Source of the DNA: the human T2T-CHM13v2.0 reference genome, Homo sapiens
Strand: one strand, 5' to 3'
Length of the DNA stretch: 64,000 nucleotides
NCBI RefSeq assembly: GCF_009914755.1
Contig: NC_060936.1
Each line of letters opens with the position of its first letter. Within the stretch, counting starts at the first letter, position 1. The position numbers were made by a program, and so were the translations under genes. Shown here piece by piece: positions 43,926 through 57,117 of this stretch. Under the pieces are notes generated by a model. It saw only the letters and a list, made by a program, of their open reading frames with translations. It ran no database searches and was not told the origin of the DNA.

Positions 43926-46900
43926 TTGATAGCATCCTAGAATTTAAGGAACACAGAATCCTAGCAAATTGCCCCTTCATATTGAACATGGGAAAACTGC
44001 CCAAATAAAAGAGATTATGATGTTTTAAAAAAGGAAGCAGTGAATGATAAGGCAGGATTGTATCTAGGCAGTTTCAAATGCAGGCTGCAGTGACTGCAGA
44101 CCTGAATTTTAATGTTGGCCCTAACTCTTTGAAGCTTATATGACCTTGTGAAAATGTCTGAAGCTCTCTGTCTTTGTTTTCTGTCTGTAAAATGGGGATG
44201 ATGGTTACTGCCACTTAGGATTGTAAGGACCCTGTGAACTAACATATGCTGAGCACTTATTGATATGCCTGGTCAAAGGCTTGTCAGAAAGGTAATACTG
44301 AAGAGCAGAGCATAGAGAGTAGAGGGAAAATGTTTAAGAGCATCCCTTTGCAATGAGGGAAGGAGTTGGGTCCAGTTGCAATGGGAGTTAGGTTACAAAC
44401 CACCCATACATAGTTCACTTCTTGCAATGAAAGAGTACAAACATTCCTCTGATTGAAGAGAAGCTTCTGGGATATTTTAGAAAAACTTAAATTCAAAAAT
44501 TTTTGGAAATAATTATGTATCTGTTAATAATAACAGACATATAATTAAGGTTCCATTCATGTTTAATGATGGCCAACTTGACCTGTACTTTAAGATGGAT
44601 ACTAACCTTTTCATTAGTGCAACTGGGCATTTGCAGTTGGAATTATCATTTTACCTGGACCAGGGAGATCCCCTGGTTTCTTGTAGGATGCAGGTTATTT
44701 CTTTGCTGCTAATTGCTCCTGCCTGTTTGTTTCATATGATCAGACACTGAATGTGATAAAATACCAACACTAGTAGCCTGTTACAGTGAGGGGACATTAA
44801 ATCTATAAGAATGAATTTATTAGTGTAGCTCTAGGCTTCTGGAAATGAACAAATTTCTTTTAAAATTCAGAAGTGCGTCTCCTGTGGTTAAAAAAAACTG
44901 TAGACTATGACATATTTGTTTAATTACTGAGGGTGAATTTTCTGTTTTAATTATGAAATATAATGTGTTAACACAGATATTAATAATGGAGAATTACTTG
45001 CTTTATGAAGCTCCAGATTTAAGAAGGAAAATGGAAAAATACGTCTAATTGTTTGAGTTAAGCAAGTAGTTATTTACTTTAGGTCTAACTTGATGAGTTG
45101 CCCTAGAACATTCTTATAATGTTTTTTTAACTGAGGATCATGACCTTGATCCATGTCAACAGAGGATCAGGTGGTGAAATCCCAAAGGTGTCTGACTATT
45201 TGGCAGTTTTAATTATGAGGCCATCTCAAAGTCAGCAGAAATTACAAAAATACAATTTTCAACAAAGTGAGTGAAATACTAATGGTGAATACTAATGGTA
45301 GTAACGCCAAAGCAGGCATCATCACCCATGAGATAGGTAAACAGGTGAAGTGAGGTGTTCTGGACTGGCTTCTGACCTGTTAAATCATCATAATACCCTT
45401 CTCTCTTATTTTTACATTAAAAGTGAGATAATATTAATCCCAAATGTATATTTTTAAAAGTTGCTATAAAAATAAAAATACTCATAACTTAAAAGAGTTC
45501 AGCCACGGGACGTGCTCTCTGCAGGGCTGCTGGCTGTTCTTCCTGAGTCCCTGACTCCCAGCCCCACGAAGTAGTCCCCGTCCTACCACCCTCCGATCCC
45601 TGCTGCTTTCTGACCAGCTTTGCTTTTCATCTGTGCCTCCAGGAAATGTTTTCTCAGGCCTTGGCAAACAAGGTACATCTTAAGATTGTATCCCATATGT
45701 GATCACAATTATCTGAGTTATGCGGTGCCTCACTGAGACATCCTAGCTAAAATTAAGGCAGTTTTCCCCTTAGTCTTCAAGTAAACTCCCACAGAAAGTG
45801 TTCACAGACACAGAAAAACAAATTGATCAAATCGGCAGAATTCTTAGTTTACAGAGGTAAAAGATGTGCTTTTCATGGAATCCTAGGCCACTGGTATTTG
45901 TTAGGACTGAATGGAAAGAGGTTTCCCTGTTCCTTTGGGAAAGTGAGTTAAGAAAGAAAATGTGACAAGAACAATAGGGACTTTTTCTTGGTCTCATGTT
46001 ATCCTTCCCAAAGTGGAAGAGAGATTCCTCCTCTAGATCTTCGTATCCTGTCACACATTGCTGGCTTTCAACAAATATTGAATAAATGAGTGAATCACGA
46101 TATTGAATGAATGAAGTTGCTGCTATACTGAGATAGGAGCTGGGGCTTCGCTTTTAGGAACACTGGGAACTTCTTTTTTCTCTGTCCTCCCCAAATTCAG
46201 GGGACTTAGGTGTGTACCTATGACTAGGGTAATATTATAGTCTAAACATGTACCCGCCCCCCACCCCCGGGTTGCCCACTGCGAAGCTCATGCCCTCATT
46301 CCACCACAACCAGTGAGAGGACAGGGGAGCGGAGTACTGCCACTGCCTGGTTGCTTGGTTTCCAGCATCACTGATATCATGTTCTTTGACTCTTTGGACA
46401 GTAGTGGTGTAAGATGCCTTATTATGGTATTGAACTCAAATGCAATATGACTGTGCTCTTCATGGCTGAAAGATTCAAGTCTTATCTCAATCTCTCCTCA
46501 TAGTTCAGAGTCTAGTGGAGAGCAGGCATGCAGGAAATGTTTGCATGCGTGGCAGAGGTATAATTCTGAGTACAAAATGCTGTCATAGTAATTATTTCTT
46601 TTGGTAACTAGAGATAATGTTTACTTAAAGGAGATTTCATGGACTGAGCCTTACTCTTCCTTTCTTGATCCTGAATGTTTAAAAACAGAGTTATGAAATC
46701 AAGACTGCGTGACAATTTTAATAACTAGTTTTAAAAATAAGTATAATGACTGGCTGGAATGTGGTGTGTGCGTGTATTTGTGTATATGCAGTGTTACTAA
46801 TCCAGCTATGCTTTAACATTTGTTGACCTTAAAAAGGGGGCTGTTTTCTTTTCCCCATTTTAATTTAGATACTTACCATTCTGATTTAGGAATCTTACAC

Positions 46901-47339
46901 TCAAAATTAGTTTCTGTTTTATAAAATAAATAAGCATTATTGTGGCAAATCACTGCTTGTATGTTGATTTTGGATTTAGACAGGACAGCAGAGCTCAGGA
47001 AAGAACAAAGCAAAACAAAGGGGAAACAGGAAAGACAACTGTAGACCAATGCAAACCAATAGAACCCAGAAAATCAAAGGAAAACACAGCATGATGTTAT
47101 AAGTAAAAACAGTGGGTGAGACTCCTACCTTCCGTGAAGTAATAACTATTGAAATGGAATGGCAAGTGCATGGGGTTTCATCACGTGCATTTCTCTACTT
47201 TAAATCTATTTGAAATTTTCTGTAATAAAAAACATTTTTTAAACAGACACAAAGGAAAGATGTTAACATTTATTATGTCTTTATGCTTGATTGTAATACT
47301 TCATAATTAAAAGGAAGTTGATATAAAAAGAAGGCTTTC

Positions 47340-47620
47340 TAGCTGGGGAAGGTGACCACACCCACCTCTAAATACCGGGCTTGTAACTGAGCTCACACCC
47401 GACCAATCAGGTAGTAAAGAGAGCTCACTAAAATACCAATTAGGCTAAAAGCAGGAGGTAAAGAAATAATCAAATCATCTATCACCTGAGAACACAGGGG
47501 GCGGGACAATGATCGGGATATAAACCAGGCATTCGAACTGGCAGTGGCAACCCCCTTTGGGTCCCCTCCCGTTGTATGGGAGCTCTGTTTTCACTATATT
47601 AAATCTTGCAACTGCAAAAA

Positions 47621-47663
<43 letters not shown>

Positions 47664-47669
47664 ATAGAT
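47340..47669 (+). mobile_element. HERV-W (LTR17) U3-R fragment with A-rich tail: L1-retrotransposed, 5'-truncated processed copy
   Basis: LTR17-like sequence (CTAGCTGGGGAAGGTGACC...GACCAATCAGGTAGTAAAGAGAGCTCACTAAAA...ATTAAATCTTGCAACTGCA) stops at the end of R and is followed by (AAAT)n. TSD AGAAGGCTTTC at 47329-47339 and 47670-47680. Confidence 0.85.
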
Positions 47670-48726
47670 AGAAGGCTTTCCACTTAGATGGTGAAGGGAA
47701 AAGTAGATGGTGTTCTAATGTTATGTGTAGCACCTGCCATGTAGAGTCAGGGAATTCGTTTTCCGGGTGAGGTTCCTGGCTAGCTCTAAGATTCTGTAAT
47801 TCTATGAGGGATAAAGCGTTTTAGATGTGTTTCTCCCCATTGTGCCAGGAAAACCTGGCAGAGGCCATAAGTTCCTTAATTAAATCAAAGTACCAATGTT
47901 ACAGTTGAGTTATATCTCCCCCACTGACTCTGCATACACACTATTGGTTGGATACTGTACTGTTGAAGTCCCCAAGTTGACTCCAATTTCGACTTAGCTG
48001 GATTGAATGCGGTCAATAAGGGGTTGCACCATGAGCTAAAGTAGAAAGGTAAAGTGATTTAGGCTTCTCTAATATGCTGTGGAAGTCAGATCGACTCAAC
48101 AAGAGTTTATACTTAAATACATTTTAAGTTACGTGCTCAGGATTTTACAAGCACCATGGAAGAATCAAAAGAAACGTAAGACAGTTTTGCACTGAGAAAC
48201 TTAGGCTGAGTGACCAACTCACATAAAATTATTAGTCATCTACCTGAGGCAGAATATGATGAAACACTAAAGAGCACAGTTTAAGACAAGACCCAGAAGG
48301 TCAGCCCGTAGATGGGGAAAGGAGAATGGCACCATGTAAAGAGGAGGTAGACATGGGTTATGAAAGACAGATTGATCTGAGAGGGAGGAGTGGGAGGTGA
48401 GTGGAGTGTTGGGTACAAAACCTTGGGATAGTTGTTGTAAAGGAAAATGGAAGAAAGCTCATTAAAAGGAAGAAATGGAAAATGATAAGTAGAAGTGGTG
48501 ATTACAGGTCCCAGCAAAACAGGAAATCAAGGTTCCAAAGTAGAAGTGGAATGATGAGCTTTCAGGAAGGAGTTAAGAATCAGTTCTCCCAAGCCTGCAG
48601 GACGAAAGAAAGGAAAGAAGTAAGAGGTAATATATATTATACTATTACGCACTGAGGAAGAAGGTGTCTAAGGGAGCTCACACAAGATGGCCTTAACTAT
48701 TGTCCATTACAAAGGCTCTGAGATCA

Positions 48727-48764
48727 GGCGGTCGGTTAGCTCAGTTGGTTAGAGCGTGGTGCTG
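48727..48764 (+). pseudogene. Tailless tRNA-Ile 5'-half retropseudogene
   Basis: GGTCGGTTAGCTCAGTTGGTTAGAGCGTGGTGCTG (48730-48764) matches the 5' half of tRNA-Ile. Flanked by identical 18-bp TSDs ACAAAGGCTCTGAGATCA (48709-48726, 48765-48782); no poly(A). Confidence 0.9.
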
Positions 48765-49761
48765 ACAAAGGCTCTGAGATCACCTCCTAAACATAGTGGG
48801 AAGAGAGAGTACAGGAGGAAAAAGGAGCCAGTCTAGATGGAGGTCAACCATGGCGTGCATACCAGATTATAGAGGACACATAAATAAAGACCCACTGAGA
48901 AGCAAGAAGGGCAGATCAAAACCAAACCTGCAGTCATCTTGTATTCAACTAGTGTTTATTGAACACCTATCGTCATTCTTCCATTCAACAGACATTTAGT
49001 TATCACCCACTGTATGTCACATGCCAAGGCAAATCTACTTGCAAAGAATGCAGAGTCTATTAGAAGAGAGAGACATGTATGCAGTCAAGTCTAACCTTAG
49101 TGCTTTCAGAGTAATGCCTGCTGTAATGAAGGTTCATGTAGATACTGTCGCTGGCATATAGCAAACAGTGAATTCAAGGAAGACCTCACAGACCAAGCCC
49201 TGATAGAGGTGGACCTTAAGGAATGGGGAAAGAAGAAGAAAGGGTGGGAAAAGACGGTCCGTGCAGAAGGAATAAAAGTAGTGTGTGAAAGAGCATGCCA
49301 TATATGGGGAGGTTTTGAGTGACCTGGTAGGTAGAACGTGGGAGTTGAAGGAAGAATAGAGACAATAGGGTATTTACCTAATGGATCTTACTGCCAACAT
49401 TCTTAATGCAAAGGAAACAAAATTGGCAGAAATATAAACACAGGTGGACAGAACAGTCTTTACCTACTTAAGTTAACACAAGGATATAACATTGATCACT
49501 CTTAAATTCTGCCTTATGTTCCTATAGTGACTTTTAATATACTAAACTACCCTTGAGCATTATGAGTGCTTGTAAATATCAAGACAGTACTGAGAAAAAT
49601 AAATATGCTAATTTTGAGCCAATTTTCAGTATCTGTTTCTATTTGGGGCTAATTTTGGAGAACTGGTTTTGGAACACCTCACTTCCATATCATACAAAGT
49701 AGCTTGGGAGGAAACATTGCTCTCATCTTGCTATAATTTCCTCCAACCAGAAGAAAGATCA

Positions 49762-49929
49762 GTTTGTTTGTTTGTTTTCTTAAGACAGAGTCTTGCTTTG
49801 TTGCCCAGCCTGGAGTGCAGTGACGCAAACATGGCTGACTGTAGCCTCCACCTCCTGGGCTCAAGTGATCCCCCTCCCTCAGTCTCCAGAGTAACTAGGA
49901 CCACAGGCGCACACCACGATGCTTGGCTA

Positions 49930-49982
<53 letters not shown>

Positions 49983-50089
49983 GATAGGGTCTTGCCATGT
50001 TGCCTATGCTGGCCTCAAACTTCTGGGCTCACACAATTCTCAGCCTCCCGAAGTGCTGGAATTACAGGTATGCACCACCACCCTTGGCC
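49762..50089 (-). mobile_element. AluJ with linker expanded to T47
   Basis: Antisense dimer; T run 49932-49978 between the arms. Confidence 0.9.
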
Positions 50090-51770
50090 AGTTTTACTTT
50101 TTGTCCTCACTAAACAGCAGTTTTTTTCTACTTACTGAAATGTATCTGTTTCCAAACTATTGTTACTTGTATGGGATTTTAAAAACAGATGGCTGTTAAT
50201 GTCCATAATCAAAATAAGGAATTTAAAGCTCTACAGGGCCTGTCTTGGCACTTTCTTAAGATTGAGAACATGCGTTATTCATCCTGGCTCTTTTCCAAAA
50301 AACTGCCCTTGAGAAGTTGTGCACAATTTATTTTTATGTTAGTCCCCAGGAATGGAAGTTGTCCAGGCCACTCCATCACACTCTTCATAATACTTGTAAT
50401 TTAATGCTGGGCACTTCAGTTAACAATATGAGCAGAATTATGCCGTGGTAATTGTAGAGGTATGTGGCAAAGCAGCTGATTTTAAAATTTTAATCCACTC
50501 TAAATATGCATTGCACCCTTACTAAATTAGCCTCTGATTCTTAGTGGCCTTTTGGAAAATGTATTCAGTATGCTAAAGTTTTTAGAAAAAACATTCTGAA
50601 ATTTTCCTTTTCATTCAAGCCCTGTTTTTTTTTTTCCCCCTTCCCAGCACATGACTTTTATTATTCCAAGAATTGATACTGGAAACTGCATTTATTGGAA
50701 AGATAGAACAATGGTATCAGTTAATTCTGGAAAAACAGTAGATGTCACATCAGATGTGTCCTGGGCAGTAAAGTTATACAGTTTGTATTTTTTCTGGTTC
50801 TAAATCTGAAGGTATTATTTTCTTTTTCAGTTGAACCCTGGGTGGCCCCATCTAACACTTTCGGATTTCAGCTGGCTTTTATTTCTATTGTATTTGAATG
50901 AAGAATCAGGAAATTCTATTGGGATTACATTATCTTATGGTTATGTTGAGATTATGAGAGACACCACTTATGCTACTACGTACGTTTCAAAGTGGTGCTT
51001 TTAGGTTTTCTGTTCTTTGTGAGCCTCTTTGTGTGTCTTTTTCATGACTTGCATGTGAGGCAGCTGAGGAAGAAACAATCTATACATCGTTTCTCAATCT
51101 ATACTTCCTTTGGCATTTATACCACGCATAAATATACTGAAACATGATTTTTTTTTAAAAAAGTGTGGGGGGCAGGAGGGAGGGGAAGAAATAGTAAGCA
51201 TCAATATACACAGAGCACTGAGCCAGATGCTGGGGAGGTTACCAAACGAATTATAGGCTCTGCCCTGGAATAGAAGGTAACGTTATACAAAGAAGCAAAC
51301 TCACAAGTTAATAAGATCAGGACAAAAAGTGTTAAAATGGAGATAAGTGAGGCTAGTCTGCGCTACCAGGGGAAGTCACTGTGGCCTGAGTGTTTAAGCT
51401 TTTGGAGGAAGAGAGACAGACCTCAACAACTCGGGGTGCCCCCTACATACTCACAAAGCTTTGCCTGCCCCTGGGTGTGTGTCTGCTCTCAGTGAAGAAT
51501 ACCAGTATCCACTGTTCCTTGTGGGTCATTATTTTCTGCTTGATAAGAAATTGTTTACTTTGGCAAAACATGCCTATATGCTTAACATGCCTGTCTTACC
51601 TCTTTTGTGGTAAATGAACCAAATTGCATTCTCGTATTTTCTGTTTGACAGTGACAGCTGTGCAGATTCAATTCAGGCCCCTTGGACTAAGAACACTTGT
51701 GATTTTCATTTATCTACGATATATCATTCTTAGAGAAGATCAGCCTTACCCATATTACTTCCTTTTTCAG

Positions 51771-51857
51771 ACAAATGGACACCTACCAGGGAACGGAGAT
51801 GTGTATCAAGAAAGGCTGGCACGTTTAGAAAATGATAAAGAATCCCTCGTTCTTCAG
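51771..51857 (+). CDS. PPFIBP1: PPFIBP1 coding exon 3: TNGHLPGNGDVYQERLARLENDKESLVLQ (followed by a GC donor)
   Basis: Acceptor cctttttcag|ACA, donor CAG|gcaagt (GC-AG intron), 87 nt, phase 0-0. Confidence 0.93.
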
Positions 51858-52116
51858 GCAAGTGATTTTTAAATACTGTTCTTTCCTTGCAGCATACTTA
51901 CAAAGCCTTTTAAATTGGGGTGGCAAATTCAGATTGCTTGCAGCAATCAGACTGCTAATAGAAATAAGCCTGATAAGCCATCTGTACACAATAGGGAGTG
52001 GTGAGGATTGGGGCAGAATGATGGTGTTTACACCCAGTTTAAAAGGAGCTACCATTAATCATCCTCAGCTCTTGCAGGACCAGTCTGAATACGGGCACAA
52101 TGTTGTCTGATCTGTT

Positions 52117-52252
52117 CTTTTTTTTTTTTTTTTTTGGAGGCAGGGTCTTGTTACATTGCCCAGGCTAGTCTTGAACTCCTAGGCTCAAGCAACCCTCTTA
52201 CCTCAGCCTCCCAAGTAGCTGGGATTACAGGTGTGCAGCACCATGCTTCACT
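52117..52252 (-). mobile_element. FLAM/Alu monomer
   Basis: Antisense monomer with T tail. Confidence 0.82.
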
Positions 52253-52597
52253 GGATCTGATTTTTAAGTATATTTTAATATATAGCAGAAATTCAGATAT
52301 ATGAATATAGCATAACATCTGAATATATGTAAGTTTATATTTCTGAATCTGAAATCAGAATATATATATTTAATTTTTCAATTTTAAAAATGTTACCCTG
52401 TGTGAGACAAAACAAAACAGTGACTAGAACCCTCCTTGTGGGCTAAATTTGAGTTTGCTTCTTCATGATGTTTTAAATGCTTCACAAACATTTTTCTTTG
52501 GTATATTGAGCAAAATGAATTGAAGTATATTTACTGAGTGATGATTATTGAGGAAAAACTCAAAGATCTGCTGTAAGCACTAGAGTTGAAGGACTAG

Positions 52598-53091
<494 letters not shown>

Positions 53092-53437
53092 TAACTTTGT
53101 TTCCTCTCTTATACTATCTCCACCCTGCTCCCTAAAAAGATAACTTCTGCACATGCTGTCTCTCATAAATGGTTGAAGTAGCTTTAACCAAAAAGTATTG
53201 TACATTCCTAATCTACACGAACTTTCTCCAAATTGTATAGGCCTCCTTAAATCAAATAGCAACATATAAATAGGAATGCGAGGGACCACTGTCTTCTTGG
53301 TACTTCTCAGATTTTTTTTTCTTTATAACCGTATGAATGGTAGGATCATTCCTTTTTTTGTTCCATTTAGAGAAATAACGTATGCAGTGGGACCCAAATT
53401 CTTTTTCACTCATTGCATTATTTTGCTCTAAATACAG

Positions 53438-53551
53438 GTAAGTGTGTTAACAGACCAGGTGGAGGCTCAGGGAGAGAAGATTCGAGATTTGGAGTTTTGT
53501 CTTGAAGAGCACAGAGAGAAGTTGAATGCCACAGAAGAAATGCTGCAGCAG
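53438..53551 (+). CDS. PPFIBP1: PPFIBP1 coding exon 4: VSVLTDQVEAQGEKIRDLEFCLEEHREKLNATEEMLQQ
   Basis: Acceptor aatacag|GTAAGT, donor CAG|gtatgt, 114 nt, phase 0-0; not in the ORF track. Confidence 0.93.
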
Positions 53552-53859
53552 GTATGTGCAGAGGCCAGAACCAAGATGGGATTTCCCTGCTGAACTATGT
53601 GAGATGCTGCATTTCTATGTTGTGTTTGCTCTGATGCAGCAGTAAGTTTCTTGATTCACTTAGACCAGCACATTAAAAAAAAAAAATTGAGAGTAGTAGA
53701 GTCTCAAAACACATGCACACAATATAAAGTGTTTATGTAATTAGAATCTGGAACAAAATGTCAATAGGATTGTGGCTTATTTTAATTTTCTTTTTTTGCA
53801 TTCAGATGGTTTCCTCTCACCCATAGCATGTGTTTTATAATTAAGAAAAAATATAATAG

Positions 53860-54856
53860 TAAAAAATCTAATAATCCAGTTTAAAAATGGGTAAAATATT
53901 TGAATAGACATTTCTCAAAAGAAGACATACAAATGGCAAACAGACATATGAAAAGGTGCTCAACATCATTGCTCATCAGAGAAATGCAAATCAAAACTAT
54001 AATGAGATACTATCTCACCCCAGCTAAAATGGCTTTTATCCAAAAGACAGGCAATAAGAAATGCTGGCAAAGATGTGAAGAAAAGGGAACCCTTGTACAC
54101 TGTTGGTGGGAATGTAAATTCATACAACTGCTATGGAGAACAGTTTGGAGGTTCCTCAAAAAACTGAAAATAGAGCTACCATATGATCCAGCAATGCCAC
54201 TGCTGGATATATACCCAAAGGAAAGGAAATCAGTATATCGAAGAAATATCTGTGCTCCCGAGTTTGCTGCAGCTCTGTTCACAGCCACCAAGATTTGGAA
54301 GCAACTTAAATGTCCATCAACAAATGACTGGATAAAGAAAATGTGGTACTTATACACAATGGAGTACTATTCAACTATAAAAAAGCATGAGATTCAGTCA
54401 TTTGCAACAACATGAATGGAACTGAAGGTCATTATGTGTGAAATAAGCCAAGCCCAGAAAAACAAACATCTCACGTTCTTACTTATTTGTGGGATCTAAA
54501 AATGAAACAATTGAACCCATGGAGATAGAGAGTAGAGGGGTGGTTACCATAGGCTGGGTAGGGTAGTGGGGATGAAGGGAGAGGTGGAGGATGGCGAAGG
54601 GGTACAAAATAATAGTTTCCATGAATAAGGCCTAGTATTTAGTAGCACGTCAGGGTGACTATAGCCAATAATAATTTAATTATACATTTGGAAATAAGAA
54701 TATAACTGGATAGTTTGTAACACAAAGGATAAATGCTTGAGAAGATGGAGACCCCGTTTTCCATGATGTGATTATTACACATTGCATGCCTGTATCAAAA
54801 CATATACCCCATAAATGTATATTCCTACTATGTAGCCACACAAGTAGAAAAGAAAA
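53860..54856 (+). mobile_element. L1 (L1MA-type) 3' fragment: ORF2 C-terminal Cys-rich region plus 3'UTR
   Basis: ORF 53900..54415 is the L1 ORF2p C-terminus with the [18 protein letters not shown] motif, followed by an L1MA-like 3'UTR. Confidence 0.9.
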
Positions 54857-55203
54857 TATCTAACATATAGGAGAGGCTCTGTAAGGTCATGGATGGAGTA
54901 TGCACTTGAGCAAAACCTCGTAGGTTTCCATTCCTGCTGTGTTTTTATTTTTTCTTTTTCCCTGTATGACATTAGGCCAGTTCCTAACCTCTCTGTTACT
55001 ATGTTTCCTCATCTTTTGATTAAGGATAATAAGAATTTCTACCTGATAAGTTTTTTGTGAGGATTGAAATAGTATTTGTTACAACCGGTGCCTGGCACAT
55101 AGCAAACATAGTATCACCATCATCAATGTTATCATCAGACTGAAGTATATATATGGTTTATGCATGTGTATCTACACAACATATGTCTCCCTCAGTAAAC
55201 TGA

Positions 55204-55569
<366 letters not shown>

Positions 55570-55718
55570 TAATTTTTTAAAAGTGTGTAGATTCAGTAAT
55601 TATACTTCACTATATCCTCTACTTGATAGGTGCTGCTTTGTGCGATCATAAATGAGGTAAATTCACGTGCCTGTTTATAATAAAAGACTTCTTGAATGTA
55701 TCTGTTAAATTATAATAG

Positions 55719-55850
55719 GAGCTTCTAAGTAGGACATCCTTAGAAACTCAGAAGTTGGATCTGATGGCTGAAATATCTAACTTGAAGTTGAAACTGACAG
55801 CTGTAGAGAAGGACAGATTGGATTATGAAGATAAGTTCAGAGACACAGAG
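55719..55850 (+). CDS. PPFIBP1: PPFIBP1 coding exon 5: ELLSRTSLETQKLDLMAEISNLKLKLTAVEKDRLDYEDKFRDTE
   Basis: Acceptor tataatag|GAG (AT-rich, weak pyrimidine tract), donor GAG|gtgagt, 132 nt, phase 0-0. Confidence 0.93.
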
Positions 55851-56983
55851 GTGAGTGATACAGTCTCTCCTCCCTCTCTCTCTCTCTCTGTCACTCTGTC
55901 TTTGTCTCTGACACACATACATTCCTAGGGCAAAGTTGAAATTCCCTGGAGGTGTGCAAGGAAGGCAGTTAATTACTACGTACCATCATCCTACTTCATT
56001 TTAAGAATAATCTTTCATTGCATTGACTTTTTATCACTAAATGCTAATGGCAATTTTTATTTTTAGACTTTTGATATGAAGTATTAATCTTTTTATTAAC
56101 CTTTAGAAATACTTTTGACTTTACGATATTTGGAGCATCCGTCCATCCATACTGTTTTTCTTAATTTTGTAAATAATGGGCTTAAATACATGGTTTCACT
56201 AGTAGTTATTATTTAGGCACACTGATTATTTACTATGTAATTGGATTTTGAAAATCTGTATAGAAAACATGCTAACATTCTATACTCACAAAATCACAGA
56301 CAGAGCTTTTTTGAGGTCTTTTAATTTGGCATTCTACTTTTGGTCTGTTCCACATGTAAATCATTCCAATTAAATAAGACTCACTGTACTTCTACAAAAA
56401 TCAGGGTACATTCTGTAACTTGAAGTATCCATTTTAGTGGCTTAACAAGCTTTATTGTTTGTTCTATTTTGTTAATTCAGGCCTCCTAGTTTGTTTGCTT
56501 TGTGACATTTGGCAAGTTCTTAACCTCTCTGTTGGTTTTTGATGGAGACAGAGAGCATATCCATTTGAAACATACATTTGAAATGAAGTATAAAGAGTTG
56601 CAGAAATTTCTTTTCTCTGAGAGCCATCTCCCCTCCTTTTTGCTTCCTATTTTGTTTCCTTGGTTGGAGTATGGAAGGGTGTCATGCTGGATTAGAAAAT
56701 GGGTACCAAGGAGAGAGGAGAGAAAATGGTTTACTTATTTTTCCCTTCTGTTTTTATTTCAATCATGTATTTCACGCTGACTATAAGCCAGCATGATACC
56801 AGGCATTACATACATTATCCACCATAGGAAAGTTCTTTATATTGGAAATAACAAGTTTTACTCCACTGCTATTTTCAAAATTAAATTTTCTGTCAAAGAT
56901 TCAATTACAGTGGAAAGTCTTGGTATATGTCTTGCTTCCTCCATAGCAAAAGGAAGTCTTTCATTTGGTTCATGTTTTAATCT

Positions 56984-57117
56984 TTTTTTTTTTTTTTAAG
57001 AGATAGGATCTTACTGTGTTGCCCAGGCTAGTATGGAACTCCTGGCCTCAAGCAATTCTCCCATTTTGGCCTCCCAAAAGCACTGAGGTTACAGGCATGA
57101 GTCACCATGCCCAGCCA
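56984..57117 (-). mobile_element. FLAM/Alu monomer
   Basis: Antisense monomer; TSD CATGTTTTAAT. Confidence 0.85.

Noticed and set aside
48730-48764. Functional tRNA gene
   Set aside because: Only the 5' half is present: no T arm, B box or 3' acceptor strand.
53900-54415. 171-aa ORF with a CCHC-like motif as a possible novel or exonised gene
   Set aside because: It is the C-terminus of L1 ORF2p in a truncated L1, starts at TTG, and the nearest upstream acceptor (53806) hits a stop before reaching it.
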